Shown here: positions 30,893 to 41,090 of the stretch, one piece after another
How positions within the stretch are numbered: the stretch's first letter is position 1
Layout of the letters: each line of letters opens with the position of its first letter
NCBI GenBank assembly: GCA_037441675.1
Contig: JBBIRS010000003.1
Span: 96,001 to 160,000, forward strand
Length of the DNA: 64,000 nucleotides
Source of the DNA: Planctomycetales bacterium
GTDB lineage: Bacteria; 4484-113
Reading direction: 5' to 3'
Program-made: the position numbers and the translations under genes
The notes under the pieces: generated by a model
Database searches by the model: none
Seen by the model: only the letters and a program-made list of their open reading frames with translations
What the model was told of the DNA's origin: nothing

Positions 30893-31085
30893 AACGTAAA
30901 TTTATAGGACTAAAGCCTAGTTTAGGCAAGACGAAACTGCTAGGCTGTTTATTCAGTATAAAAAGCTGATGAGAAGTTGTCAATATGTGAAGTATCAATC
31001 TAGTATTGAGGGTTCTAGATTATCCTTCTCTTTTATTTGTTTTGATATAAAATAATTAATCTTAAAATCCTTAGGGGAAGAAGGA

Positions 31086-33782
31086 ATGATGGCTTTTATT
31101 AAAAGGGTTAGAAGGTATTGGTTAACCTGTGTAACTCTCATTATTTTGCTTGCAGGTTTAACTTACTCGTCCTGCTCAAAGGGTGGAAAATTCCTGAGTT
31201 ATGAGCCAACCTTGGACGAACAAAATTTTGTCTCAACAAGCGAAAATAACCGAACAGCGGAGGTGAGCCTTGATGAGGTATTGACAGAGCTTGATAGTTT
31301 GCAGTCATCAGGTGGGATGAGTGAGCCGTTGTTTGCGAGGCTGAAATCCGAGCTGAGAAAGCAGTTGACCCAGATGGCGGTTGAACGCTTTGTGGAGAAA
31401 GCGCCTGGCGGTGAGGATAATCAGGTGACAGATTTACAGATAAACGATAGGGGAGGAGGGAGCTACTTATTGACCTGGAGTTACAGAAACAATGGAGATT
31501 ACAACCAGGACGGCACGGTGAATATTGGAGATGTCCTTCCACTTGCTCAGCATTTTCACGAATCAGTATCGACGGAGAATGAGTGGATTGATGGATCAGG
31601 GGACAGAGTAATCAACATAGTTGATGTCAGCGCGCTGGCGCGGAACTTTTTCAGCCAGTGCAAGGAGTATGTGATAAGAAGTGGGCCTAATCAAAATGGG
31701 CCATTTGACACCGAGATTGGCGTGATTGATATGGCGCTTGCAGGTGGAGAGGGTAGAAAGAGGTTTGAGTTTAACGCAAGCGGGCTAATCCCGAGCCAGT
31801 GGGCAATAGTTGTTCCCCGTGATGGCGCGGGAAATGAGGGTATACAAAGTCTGCCTGCAATGGTGCCAATTGCGCAGAATCAACGCCCGAACGCGATACT
31901 AAACGCGATCCCACTCACGGGTGACGCTCCACTAAATGTCGACTTTGACGCTAGCGAAAGTTCTGACCCCGATGGAACTATTACTCAATACAGATGGGAT
32001 TTTGAAGGTGATGCAACATTTGATGAGACATCTTCTCTTCCCACAATTCAGCACGAGTACGTAATGCCTGGGGAGTATAGAGCGACAGTTGAAGTTACAG
32101 ATGATAGAGGCGCTACGGATACAGCGAGCATTTTAATTACTGTTACGGGTGCACCACCGCAGAATCAGCCACCGGTAGCGGTTCTTACCGCTAGTCCAGT
32201 TGAGGGCTTTGAACCTCTGTACGTTGACTTTAATGCGGGTGGTAGCACTGATCCTGATGGGACAATAGTAGAGTATCGCTGGGATTATGAGGGTGACGGA
32301 ACTTTTGATGAGACGACTCTCCTGCCAAGCGCGAACTTTGAATACACTGTTCCCGGGACGTTTAATGCCACGGTTGAGGTTAGCGACGATAAAGGAGCCA
32401 CGGATTCGGATTCCGTTGAGATAAGAGTGAATGCAAAGGAGCCTGCGGTGATAAATTCTGTTTCTCCTCTATCTGGGATGGAGGGAATTAGCGTCAAGAT
32501 TACCGCAGATGTTTCTGGCACTCCTCCTTTTAACTATAATTTTTCCTTTTCGGGAGGAACTGAGCCTTTAACTGGAAGTGGTAGTTCAGTGGATGTGGTT
32601 GAGTTTGAGGTTCTACTTGTTACAGCTGGAACCTATAGTTTGTCGCTCACAGTTTCCAACATGTTTGGTGAAAGCAGAAGAGTCTTTGACTTCATCATCT
32701 CTCCAGCAGGAGATGAGTGGAGCGTATATACTGTCCCAGCCGGTGATGTAGTCGCCCAGTACAGTTCACTTGCAGTTGTAGGGGGGAAGCCAGCAATCGC
32801 ATTTTACGATTTTAACTCCCAAGACTTGTTCTACGCATACTCTGCAAACGAGTACGGCACTAGTGACTGGCAAATCTATGTCGTGGATTATAAGGGAATG
32901 GGGCTTGGAGATGTGGGGCAGTACTGTTCCTTAGCAGAAATTGCCGATGGCGCGGGAATAAGTTATTTTGAGGGTGGAATTGATGCAAACCTGAAGTTCG
33001 CTTACAACTCAAATCCGGACGGAAGTGGCGAATGGAAGACTTATCGCGTTGATGTATCGGGAGATAGCGGATTTATTACATCATTGGCTGAGGAGCTGGG
33101 TCGCCCTGCTATTGGCTACTTTAGGGATACCCTTGCTGATCCGCCTATCTTAGATTATCGTTACGCTATCTGTGATAACTCGGATGGCAGTGGCAACTGG
33201 TTCGTTTCGTCTGTATCCAATGTGGATAGCTATTTATTCGCTGAGGGCAGAGTTTTGAGCATTCTGGATGGCAGGCCTGCTGTTAGCTTTTATAATTGGG
33301 GCACTAGTGAACTTCAGTTTGCGATAAACGAAGCTATTGATGGTACAGGCGATTGGGATATTCATTCTACCGGTGTTAATGTGATTTCTCTATTTGTTTC
33401 TATGACTTCTGTGAATGGACTACCGATGATTTCCTATAGAAACTTTGACTCGCCAACCGGACTTGAAATTCTCGTAAACAGCGCTTCAGATGGTTCTGGA
33501 GGATGGTCTCATTACGTTATTGAACCGGATGTCACCGCGTATCACACAGCGATACTTGATGTGAACGGCTATCCTGCTGTTGCTTACAGCGATTCTAACA
33601 ACTTAGCGATAAAGTTCGCCATTTGCGATACTAGTGATGGAAGCGGAAATTGGTTAATTTCAGTTGTGGACGGGGAGAATAGTCCATTTTTCCCATCTAT
33701 GGCTATGGTGGGGGGCCGTCCCGCTATTGCTTACTGTGCAACCGATACTGGGGAACTAAAGTTTGCCATTAGAAACTACTAG
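31086..33782 (+). CDS. Surface lipoprotein: dockerin-in-FN3 module, two PKD domains, Ig-like domain, 7-bladed beta-propeller
   Basis: Lipobox YSS-C; paired dockerin-like loops GDYNQDGTVNIGD and DGSGDRVINIVD; two PKD repeats (V.FDA..S.DPDG.I..YRWD); seven 'SL...G.PAI.Y' repeats. Confidence 0.85.
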   Translation: MMAFIKRVRRYWLTCVTLIILLAGLTYSSCSKGGKFLSYEPTLDEQNFVSTSENNRTAEVSLDEVLTELDSLQSSGGMSEPLFARLKSELRKQLTQMAVERFVEKAPGGEDNQVTDLQINDRGGGSYLLTWSYRNNGDYNQDGTVNIGDVLPLAQHFHESVSTENEWIDGSGDRVINIVDVSALARNFFSQCKEYVIRSGPNQNGPFDTEIGVIDMALAGGEGRKRFEFNASGLIPSQWAIVVPRDGAGNEGIQSLPAMVPIAQNQRPNAILNAIPLTGDAPLNVDFDASESSDPDGTITQYRWDFEGDATFDETSSLPTIQHEYVMPGEYRATVEVTDDRGATDTASILITVTGAPPQNQPPVAVLTASPVEGFEPLYVDFNAGGSTDPDGTIVEYRWDYEGDGTFDETTLLPSANFEYTVPGTFNATVEVSDDKGATDSDSVEIRVNAKEPAVINSVSPLSGMEGISVKITADVSGTPPFNYNFSFSGGTEPLTGSGSSVDVVEFEVLLVTAGTYSLSLTVSNMFGESRRVFDFIISPAGDEWSVYTVPAGDVVAQYSSLAVVGGKPAIAFYDFNSQDLFYAYSANEYGTSDWQIYVVDYKGMGLGDVGQYCSLAEIADGAGISYFEGGIDANLKFAYNSNPDGSGEWKTYRVDVSGDSGFITSLAEELGRPAIGYFRDTLADPPILDYRYAICDNSDGSGNWFVSSVSNVDSYLFAEGRVLSILDGRPAVSFYNWGTSELQFAINEAIDGTGDWDIHSTGVNVISLFVSMTSVNGLPMISYRNFDSPTGLEILVNSASDGSGGWSHYVIEPDVTAYHTAILDVNGYPAVAYSDSNNLAIKFAICDTSDGSGNWLISVVDGENSPFFPSMAMVGGRPAIAYCATDTGELKFAIRNY

Positions 33783-33862
33783 CTCGCGCTCAAGCTAATA
33801 TATTGAGAAGGAAGGAACGCGGATAGTACTCTTGCCTTGCTTTGCCATGGGTGAACCCAAAA

Positions 33863-34522
33863 TTACTCTTGGAGAGTTACTCCATCCACTTTTTCTATCG
33901 CGCTCAAAGTTGAAATAATATCCTTCGTTTCTGCTTTTGACGCAACATGAGTAAGCCTAACCTCCACGACATTTCTCCCACCAAAAAGTCTCTCAGATGA
34001 AATCTCGCTGATGTCATAGTTCATAGAATGAAGCTTTTCCACAATTTCACGGACTGTTCCGGCGTCTCCACGATGAGAAATTTCTATAGCAAGATGAGGT
34101 CTAATTCTGAGAAGCTTATCAAATCTAACAAAGAAAAGAATAAGGACAATTAATACAGAGATGAGAGATGGAAAGTAGAAACCAGCGCCGATAGCGAGAC
34201 CAAGTCCAGCGACGAACCAAAGGCTAGCTGCAGTTGTTAGTCCACGAACTATATTTCCCTGGCGGATTATAGTGCCGGCTCCTAAAAAGCCCATTCCAGA
34301 GATGACTTGTGCCGCGATTCTGCCTGGGTCAAACCTCTCTTCGGGGTATAACGCTGAAACATGGATGGAGAGAAGCATAATTAGCGTGGAGGCAAGACAG
34401 ACGAGTATATGGGTTCTTAAACCTGCGGGTTTATCTGCTCTTTCACGCTCGTATCCGACAACGCCTCCCAGAATCGCTCCAATGATTAACCTTATGACCA
34501 TTTCCCAATAGGTTAATACCAT
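33863..34522 (-). CDS. mgtC: MgtC/SapB family membrane protein
   Basis: G.ERE...PAGLRTH, DPGRIAAQVISGMGFLGAG, GLTTAASLW. Confidence 0.93.
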   Translation of the reverse strand: MVLTYWEMVIRLIIGAILGGVVGYERERADKPAGLRTHILVCLASTLIMLLSIHVSALYPEERFDPGRIAAQVISGMGFLGAGTIIRQGNIVRGLTTAASLWFVAGLGLAIGAGFYFPSLISVLIVLILFFVRFDKLLRIRPHLAIEISHRGDAGTVREIVEKLHSMNYDISEISSERLFGGRNVVEVRLTHVASKAETKDIISTLSAIEKVDGVTLQE

Positions 34523-34691
34523 AGCCTTATTCTATCCTAGCAAGGTTTAATTCTGAAAAATGATAAGAGAAATTCTTCTTTGGACGAGAAGATTTTTACT
34601 ATCTATCTTCTGCCACTTCAAAATTTTCATTTGTCTGAATACCAATAAATGGTGGTAAAATATTTAGAACATTACTTTGTGGAGTTTATCG

Positions 34692-36440
34692 ATGGCTCAT
34701 TGGAGAAGGTATTTTCTCTTATTAGTGGTTCTAGTGATACTAGTTGGATGTTCGGTGCAAAGTCGAAGGAGCGTAACCTCAGCGCGGATTGATAACGGCT
34801 TTTATCTAGTGATATCTGACGTTCAAAGTATCAAGGATTCACCAGGAAATCCGTACACTTTTACCGAAAAGCTTGATGCAAAGAACGCTAATTTGAAGGT
34901 GACAATCCAAGCTGAAGGTGTGAAGAACCTTCGGGCGGGATTTATGGAAATCGCCTTTCCTTCGGCGAGCTATCACTTTGAGGATTTTACTTACCTTGGA
35001 GGCTTGGGAGCGCAGGATGAAGTTATAGTTTTAGCGGTTCAGGATAATGATACTCTATCTCTTGGGGTAGCACCAATACATTATGACCAACTAGAAGGTA
35101 AGGACGGCAATGTTTCATTGTTTGAGCTTACATTTGCTCCTGGCGCTTCTCGCTCAATCTCTAGAAGTTCCGGGGACTCAAGGAAGGCGCCAACAGGAAC
35201 ATTCAATGCGGTTACCCTTACCGGAAATATTGACGCGGGGAGCATCGTGCATCTGTCCTGGAGGGAGCTTAATATGGGGGATGGCAACAATGACGGGACG
35301 GTGAATATAGCCGACGTTGCCCCCCTTGCTCAGCACTTTTTCTCCCGAGACGTTGATCCAAATTCTCCTCAAGGTCTAGCGGATTATAACGGCGATGGAA
35401 GGGTTGACATTCAGGATATTCGGCGATTGGCTGAAACATTTTTCACCAACTTGAGCGGTTATGACGTTGAGTTTTCAACTGACGGCGGGCAGAGTTTCAC
35501 CAAAATCCCGCATGAAGGTGGAACCCAACCAACGCTGGTCAGAATGGAGCTTTTCACATCTCCGCGCAATTCGGATGGCAGACTGCTATGGGCTTATGAT
35601 ACGCTACCAATTGAAGGCACTTACACATATCGGGTGGTTCCGAGAGCGAGTAATGGCGATGAGGGCGTTCTTTCTGCCAACACCCTTGAATTTACTGGTG
35701 TAATGGAACTTGAGGAGGTTGACGTGGTTCTTCCGGATGGTCATCCCGGCTATCTCTTGATAACAGAGGAAGCGGTGGATGAAGTTCCGGGAAACGAGCC
35801 TGACTTTGTGATTTCCAGCGTTCAGCTGACCGGGCTTGGTCGTCCCGCAGGCGCTACCGAGTTTATTGATGCCAGTGACAGACTCTCATGGATGATTACC
35901 GCCTCGTTGAACTCCGCTACTATTAGCAACACTTCTCCTAAGGGTCTTCTTACCGCAAAGGACATTGGCGTCGTGACTGTTCTTGCGTATGATCCCGATA
36001 ATCCAAGTGCAAGCGATACAATCACTATCCCCATTTACGCTATTGAGTCACTAATACTAAGGGAGAAGAGCCAAACAACTCCCGCGGACGTCACAGTTCC
36101 GAAAGGCTCCCGCGTTGAGTTTATTGTTGATGGCATATTTGACGATAACGATAGCGATTCAACAGACACTATGACAATTAACCTCACAAATTACGGAGTA
36201 GGTTGGATAATCCAAAGACCTGTTATTGGTTGGGATGGTGACGGGAATCCCATTTATGAATCCGGGACATTCTATTTAGATGTTGAGACTGGAGCTGTTT
36301 TTACCGAGTCAAGCGACATTAATCTCCAAAGCGGACATCGCGCATTCGTTACAACGGTCTATCCGCCGGAGGATAGGAACGTTACCATCGGTGATGGTCA
36401 TAGACCTGTGAGTAACACTATCACTATCACTATTGAGTAA
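34692..36440 (+). CDS. Surface lipoprotein: cohesin-like domain, dockerin-in-FN3 module, Ig-like domains
   Basis: Lipobox LVG-C; cohesin-like pattern V.I...VKNLRAG...I.F ... G.DGNV.LFELTF; dockerin loops GDGNNDGTVNIAD and ADYNGDGRVDIQD. Confidence 0.8.
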   Translation: MAHWRRYFLLLVVLVILVGCSVQSRRSVTSARIDNGFYLVISDVQSIKDSPGNPYTFTEKLDAKNANLKVTIQAEGVKNLRAGFMEIAFPSASYHFEDFTYLGGLGAQDEVIVLAVQDNDTLSLGVAPIHYDQLEGKDGNVSLFELTFAPGASRSISRSSGDSRKAPTGTFNAVTLTGNIDAGSIVHLSWRELNMGDGNNDGTVNIADVAPLAQHFFSRDVDPNSPQGLADYNGDGRVDIQDIRRLAETFFTNLSGYDVEFSTDGGQSFTKIPHEGGTQPTLVRMELFTSPRNSDGRLLWAYDTLPIEGTYTYRVVPRASNGDEGVLSANTLEFTGVMELEEVDVVLPDGHPGYLLITEEAVDEVPGNEPDFVISSVQLTGLGRPAGATEFIDASDRLSWMITASLNSATISNTSPKGLLTAKDIGVVTVLAYDPDNPSASDTITIPIYAIESLILREKSQTTPADVTVPKGSRVEFIVDGIFDDNDSDSTDTMTINLTNYGVGWIIQRPVIGWDGDGNPIYESGTFYLDVETGAVFTESSDINLQSGHRAFVTTVYPPEDRNVTIGDGHRPVSNTITITIE

Positions 36441-36740
36441 CTCTCGTCCCTTGGGTTCGTCAAAGATGCCTTAATGATGAAAGAGCTTTCTATAGCACAT
36501 AAAGGTTTTTTTCTATTTGCTTCAGTTAGTTTCTTGGGTTTTTTATCGCTGATTATCGCTGAAAGCTGCTTTGTAAACTCTTTACTCTATAATAAGCAAG
36601 CGTTAATCAAGCGAAGAAAACAGATGGATATGGATTTGATAAATTGCCAAAATATCATCATCCTTTCCTTTAATAGTGCAAGGATGAAGTAGCAAAAGGA
36701 TATAATTAAGGTTAGTCTGAATTTTCAAAGGGACAGTAAG

Positions 36741-37568
36741 TTGATAAATTTCTTTTACAACAAGCCCCTTCTAAGATTTATTGAACTATTACTTTTTATT
36801 TGCCTAGGAGCAACGGGTTATCTTTATCTCTCTGCATCTTACGCAAAGGTAGGTGTTCAGGGGTTACTAGATGCTCTTGCAATATATTCTTTTGTGATAG
36901 CTGGCTTTCTATTTATTCTTATCTCAGAGGTTGCAGATTCATACTATCTGCGTGCTTTATTTTCGCTTATTACCTTTGTTGGAATGTTTATCGCGTTTTA
37001 CTTTATTTTCAAGCTGGATGCACCACACCTTGATCCCAGTTTTATGGGGGTTGGACTAATTTCCTTCATCTTGGCGATGGCGTTTGCTCTTGGTTTCTTT
37101 ATAATCGTTGTCGGTAGACTCATTCTAGAAAAAGTCCGAACAACACTGGTAGCTCGCGTTGTAGAGTCTAAAGCTAAAATGAAAGTATCGCCCGCACAGG
37201 CGGTAGTTGAAAGCAAGGGACAAGCTCAAGAGGTTGATGTGGAAGCTGTGGTGAAACAATCTTCCGCTTTAGCTGTAACTCCTGAGGGCGTAATGCTTTC
37301 GTGCATCGCTGGTCCGCATTTGGGTGAGGAGTTTGTACTAAGGGAGGGTGAAAATCAAATAGGCAGAACTGAGGGAAGCATAATCCTCGCTAGTGACGCT
37401 CAAGTATCACGCAGACACGCGGTTATCACTTTGAAGGAAGGGAAGCTTTATATTAGGGATTTGGGTAGCACTAATGGAACTTGGGTAGGGAGTGAGAGGA
37501 TTTCAGAGGCTGAATTAAAGCGGGGAGATATTATTATGCTAGGGCAGTGTAAGTTTAAGATTAAATGA
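36741..37568 (+). CDS. Membrane protein with C-terminal FHA domain
   Basis: Four N-terminal TM helices; IGR..D..VSRRHA..DLGSTNGT. Confidence 0.9.
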   Translation: MINFFYNKPLLRFIELLLFICLGATGYLYLSASYAKVGVQGLLDALAIYSFVIAGFLFILISEVADSYYLRALFSLITFVGMFIAFYFIFKLDAPHLDPSFMGVGLISFILAMAFALGFFIIVVGRLILEKVRTTLVARVVESKAKMKVSPAQAVVESKGQAQEVDVEAVVKQSSALAVTPEGVMLSCIAGPHLGEEFVLREGENQIGRTEGSIILASDAQVSRRHAVITLKEGKLYIRDLGSTNGTWVGSERISEAELKRGDIIMLGQCKFKIK

Positions 37569-37699
37569 GTAAAGCTCTAGAGGGGTATAAGATTAGCTAG
37601 TAATAAGATTTTCTCTACGTATCTAGTGAGCACTTTTTTATTATGTGGCGTTGTTTGTTTGCATCGCATTAGGGGAAGTGGAATTTTCTGTCTCTTTAT

Positions 37700-38323
37700 C
37701 TAGCCAAAGATCTCATTGAAAGATTCACTATACTTTTCCGCAACCTCGTCCAAGTTTGGCTTTGTAGCCATAAACATTTCCATACTTGTTACTGGTTCAT
37801 TAATTCCACAGGGGACAATTAGGTTGAAGTAAGAGAGAGCCGTAATAACGTTAAGAGCAAAGCCGTGAAAAGTAACCCAGTTTTTAACCGCAACCCCAAT
37901 TGCTGCAATCTTACCCTCTTCTGTCCACACTCCAATCATTTTCTCCTTTCTGAAGCCATTTATTTCATATTTCCGAAGCAGGTTGATTAGGCTCTCTTCT
38001 AAAGACGTAATGTAACTATGAATTGAGAGACCGCGCTTTTTTAGGTTCAGTATCGGATAACCCACTAACTGCCCCGGACCGTGGAAGGTTACGTCACCAC
38101 CTCGTTCAATTCTGTAAACTTCAACACCTTTGCGCTTTAGTTCTGCTTCCGGAAGCAGTATGTTTGTCTCTTTTGCTCGTCTGCCCAAGGTTATTACAGG
38201 ATTATGTTCTACTAGAAGAAGTTTTTCCTTGCCTTCATATTCGCAAACGAGCCTGTGCAGAGCTTTCTGCATCTCCCATGTGTATGAATAATCCCGCTTT
38301 CCCAGCCAAGATACTTCTATCAT
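37700..38323 (-). CDS. lipB: Octanoyltransferase LipB
   Basis: LVEH.PV.TLG, RGGDVTFHGPGQLVGYP, KIAAIG, HGFALN, IVPCGI. Confidence 0.97.
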   Translation of the reverse strand: MIEVSWLGKRDYSYTWEMQKALHRLVCEYEGKEKLLLVEHNPVITLGRRAKETNILLPEAELKRKGVEVYRIERGGDVTFHGPGQLVGYPILNLKKRGLSIHSYITSLEESLINLLRKYEINGFRKEKMIGVWTEEGKIAAIGVAVKNWVTFHGFALNVITALSYFNLIVPCGINEPVTSMEMFMATKPNLDEVAEKYSESFNEIFG

Positions 38324-38444
38324 TCAGACACTAGTGATTATAACTGTTTTACCTTTCTTACTATGACTTTATATAAAACTGAGCTTTACAAAAATCGGTT
38401 CTTGCTATAATTACTCAATCCTTTTTGAATAAGGGGGTCTTATT

Positions 38445-38981
38445 ATGGATAATGGGAGATGGACTGCAACGTCTATAGGCATTTTGCTTCTCAGGATTTT
38501 CTTCGGTATTACCTTTGCTCTTCATGGAGGTCAGAAGCTGTTTGCATGGTTTAACGGTCCTGGAATAACGGGCTTCGCGGATTTCCTTGGACAGTTAAAC
38601 CTTGACTTTGGTATGCCAGTTGTTACAGCGTACGCTGTAGGAATTATTGAGTTTGTTGGTGGAATACTCATATTCTTCGGTTTATTCACTAGGCTAAGCG
38701 CATTTCTAATAGGCGCAACTATGGCGGTCGCAGTGCTTCTCGTTCACTGGCAGTATGGCTTCTTCCTAAATCCAACTGGTCCTGATGGAATGGAATATGC
38801 CTTAATTATGTTCGCAATTGCACTCTGCCTTGTTTTTAGTGGGGCAGGCAAGTACGCCTTGGATGTTCATTTTGCCGCTAAACCAAAGACTATTCCAAAG
38901 GTGGATACCACTTACCGTGAACCAGCACCATCACCCCCGAAAATTGAGGAGAAAGCCACTGAAAGTAGCTCTGAGTCCTGA
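38445..38981 (+). CDS. DoxX family membrane protein
   Basis: LLLRI..G..F..HG.QKL, E..GG....G..TR, G.EY, GAG.Y.LD. Confidence 0.93.
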   Translation: MDNGRWTATSIGILLLRIFFGITFALHGGQKLFAWFNGPGITGFADFLGQLNLDFGMPVVTAYAVGIIEFVGGILIFFGLFTRLSAFLIGATMAVAVLLVHWQYGFFLNPTGPDGMEYALIMFAIALCLVFSGAGKYALDVHFAAKPKTIPKVDTTYREPAPSPPKIEEKATESSSES

Positions 38982-39086
38982 GAATTAAACTTATTCAAGC
39001 GTTTATTTTTCAGGCTTCAAGATAGGCTGAGATATTACTATATTTTTAAGCGCGTTAGAAACTGTGAGTTCTTCTACTATTTCACT

Positions 39087-39293
39087 CTAGTCCTCCGCGC
39101 TTTTGCGCCTTCTCATAGCAGATTCAACGCTCCTACCAATTAACAACCTGCCGAGTTTCTTGTGTCCAACCTTAAGATAATGTCTTTTCCAGAGGTCAAC
39201 AACATCCTGAATGGTGGCGCAAGCGTCAAGCTCTTTTTTCACGTCCTCAAGATACTTTCTTTCTTCTTCCAGTGAAGAAAAGGCTGATGGCAT
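39087..39293 (-). CDS. Small hypothetical protein
   Basis: Strong SD (AGGAGG) upstream; 68 aa with W..HYLK.GHKKLGRLL. Confidence 0.65.
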   Translation of the reverse strand: MPSAFSSLEEERKYLEDVKKELDACATIQDVVDLWKRHYLKVGHKKLGRLLIGRSVESAMRRRKSAED

Positions 39294-39480
39294 AACAAAA
39301 CCCTCCTTTTGAATATCCTACACGAGCGAGTGCGCCCAGTCAAGTTGCAAGTATGGATAGGCATTGAGGCATCTACACCAGTGAGTCTTAAATAAGTGGA
39401 AACACCGTATAACTCTGGGTCAAGGTATGGTTGGCATTAAGTTTTGTCTATATTTGGCTTTCCACTCATAATATATTCCA

Positions 39481-40875
39481 GTGGCTCCAAATTACGCATT
39501 AATTTCTTGTAAACGTTATCCGAAACTTGTTGGAAGCTTCACGCCGCCTCCTGATAAATCAATCACAATACGCGCACTTATCCTATCTTCGCTTTCCTCG
39601 GGGGAAAGCTTAATTCGCTCTCCACTAATATCTGAAGGTGGCTTGTTTGTGATAAAAGCGTTGGAAAAACTCGGCGCAACATTTTTAACAGATGAAACGA
39701 TGAGAGTAGGAAGTGAAACAATCTTTCGGATACGAGGAATATCCGTAAGAGCTAAGGATAATAGAGAAAAACCGTCAAGTTCTAACTCAGATGTGAAAGA
39801 GCTTTATTTAGGGGGATCTGCAACCGCGTTGAGACTTTTGGCTGGCGCCCTTTGCGGACTAAATGGAATTTTTCTCTTGACTGGTGATAAAACGTTGTTA
39901 AACCGTCCTATGGAAAGGCTGACAAAACCACTTGTTCAAATGGGCGCAAGTATAACCTTTCTGAAGCGAGAAGGTTACGCTCCACTTTTGATAACTGGCT
40001 CTAAATTATCTGGAATTGACTATACGCTTGAAGTTCCATCAGCGCAGGTGAAGAGCGCAGTTCTCTTAGCGGGGCTTTTTGCTGAGGGAAAAACTAGCGT
40101 TACGGAGCTCTTACCTGCCCGTGATCATACTGAGCGGATGCTCCCACTATTCAATGTTTATTTGGAAAAGGAGGAAAGGCAGGGAAGGAGGACAATCACT
40201 CTTTTAGGCAAGCAGAGCCTCCAATCTGCGAGTTTTAGTGTGCCCGGAGATTTTTCCTCCGCCTTCCTTCCGATTGCTCTAGCGCTAATTCTTCCAGACA
40301 GCTTCATTCGTTGCGAAGGGGTTGGTCTAAACAAGACCAGGCTAGGCGCGTTAAGGGTTCTTCAATCTATAAGCGCGAATATCACAGTTGAGGTTACTGG
40401 AAAATACGGAAACGAGGAGGTTGGTGTAATCAGCGCTAAAACCTCAAGCTTGAAGGCTTTTGAAATTGATGAATCTGAAGTTGGGACTATGATTGATGAG
40501 CTTCCGCTTCTCGCTCTGATTGCCACTCAAGCGGAAGGTGAGAGCAGGATTCGTGGGCTTTCAGAACTAAAGGTTAAAGAGAGTGACAGAGCATTCGGCG
40601 TTTTTGAAATTCTGCGAGCATTCGGGGCGGATGTACTCCTCTCGGATAAAGAGTTAAGAATTAAAGGACCAAAAAAATTAAAGCCAAGTGGCGTGAAAGT
40701 TCCTAAAGACCATAGAATGGCGATTCTTGCCTTTGCCTGTGCAGTAATCGCTGGAGGTGATTCTCGAATAGGAGGTTTTTCATCTGCGGAAACCTTTTGG
40801 CCAAGTTTTCACCAAACATTTTCAGATAATCTCATTCAAGGAGTGAGTATCTTGCTTTCAGGAGAGGCGCGTTGA
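39481..40875 (+). CDS. aroA: EPSP synthase
   Basis: PPDKSI, RPM, SAQVKSA, RDHTERM, IDELP, ELKVKESDR, DHRMA. Confidence 0.96.
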   Translation: MAPNYALISCKRYPKLVGSFTPPPDKSITIRALILSSLSSGESLIRSPLISEGGLFVIKALEKLGATFLTDETMRVGSETIFRIRGISVRAKDNREKPSSSNSDVKELYLGGSATALRLLAGALCGLNGIFLLTGDKTLLNRPMERLTKPLVQMGASITFLKREGYAPLLITGSKLSGIDYTLEVPSAQVKSAVLLAGLFAEGKTSVTELLPARDHTERMLPLFNVYLEKEERQGRRTITLLGKQSLQSASFSVPGDFSSAFLPIALALILPDSFIRCEGVGLNKTRLGALRVLQSISANITVEVTGKYGNEEVGVISAKTSSLKAFEIDESEVGTMIDELPLLALIATQAEGESRIRGLSELKVKESDRAFGVFEILRAFGADVLLSDKELRIKGPKKLKPSGVKVPKDHRMAILAFACAVIAGGDSRIGGFSSAETFWPSFHQTFSDNLIQGVSILLSGEAR

Positions 40876-40996
40876 ACGAGAAAATATTAGCTGAGGGGAG
40901 GGCACCGAATTTGCGCTTAGCATTCCTTCAAATGAAAATCTGTTTCTGCCATAGCCCAAGTCTGTTACACGCTTCATGTTCATCTAACTTCTGGGT

Positions 40997-41041
40997 AAAG
41001 AAAAGATCGGGAGGGCTCGGTGAGGCTATGAGCCCTCCCGA
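40997..41041 (-). terminator. Rho-independent terminator of the multiheme cytochrome gene
   Basis: 12-bp perfect stem TCGGGAGGGCTC/GAGCCCTCCCGA followed on the minus strand by TCTTTTCTTT. Confidence 0.8.
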
Positions 41042-41090
41042 AATTCTGAAAGGAAGCAAGTAGCTATCAACTTAAGCCAATCTGCGTTTG

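Noticed and set aside
31880..32430. Two similar ~270-nt DNA segments
   Set aside because: Coding PKD domain duplication, not a mobile or CRISPR repeat.
36474..36692. 72-aa ORF between the cohesin protein and the FHA gene
   Set aside because: AT-rich, no SD, no recognisable motif; probably spurious.
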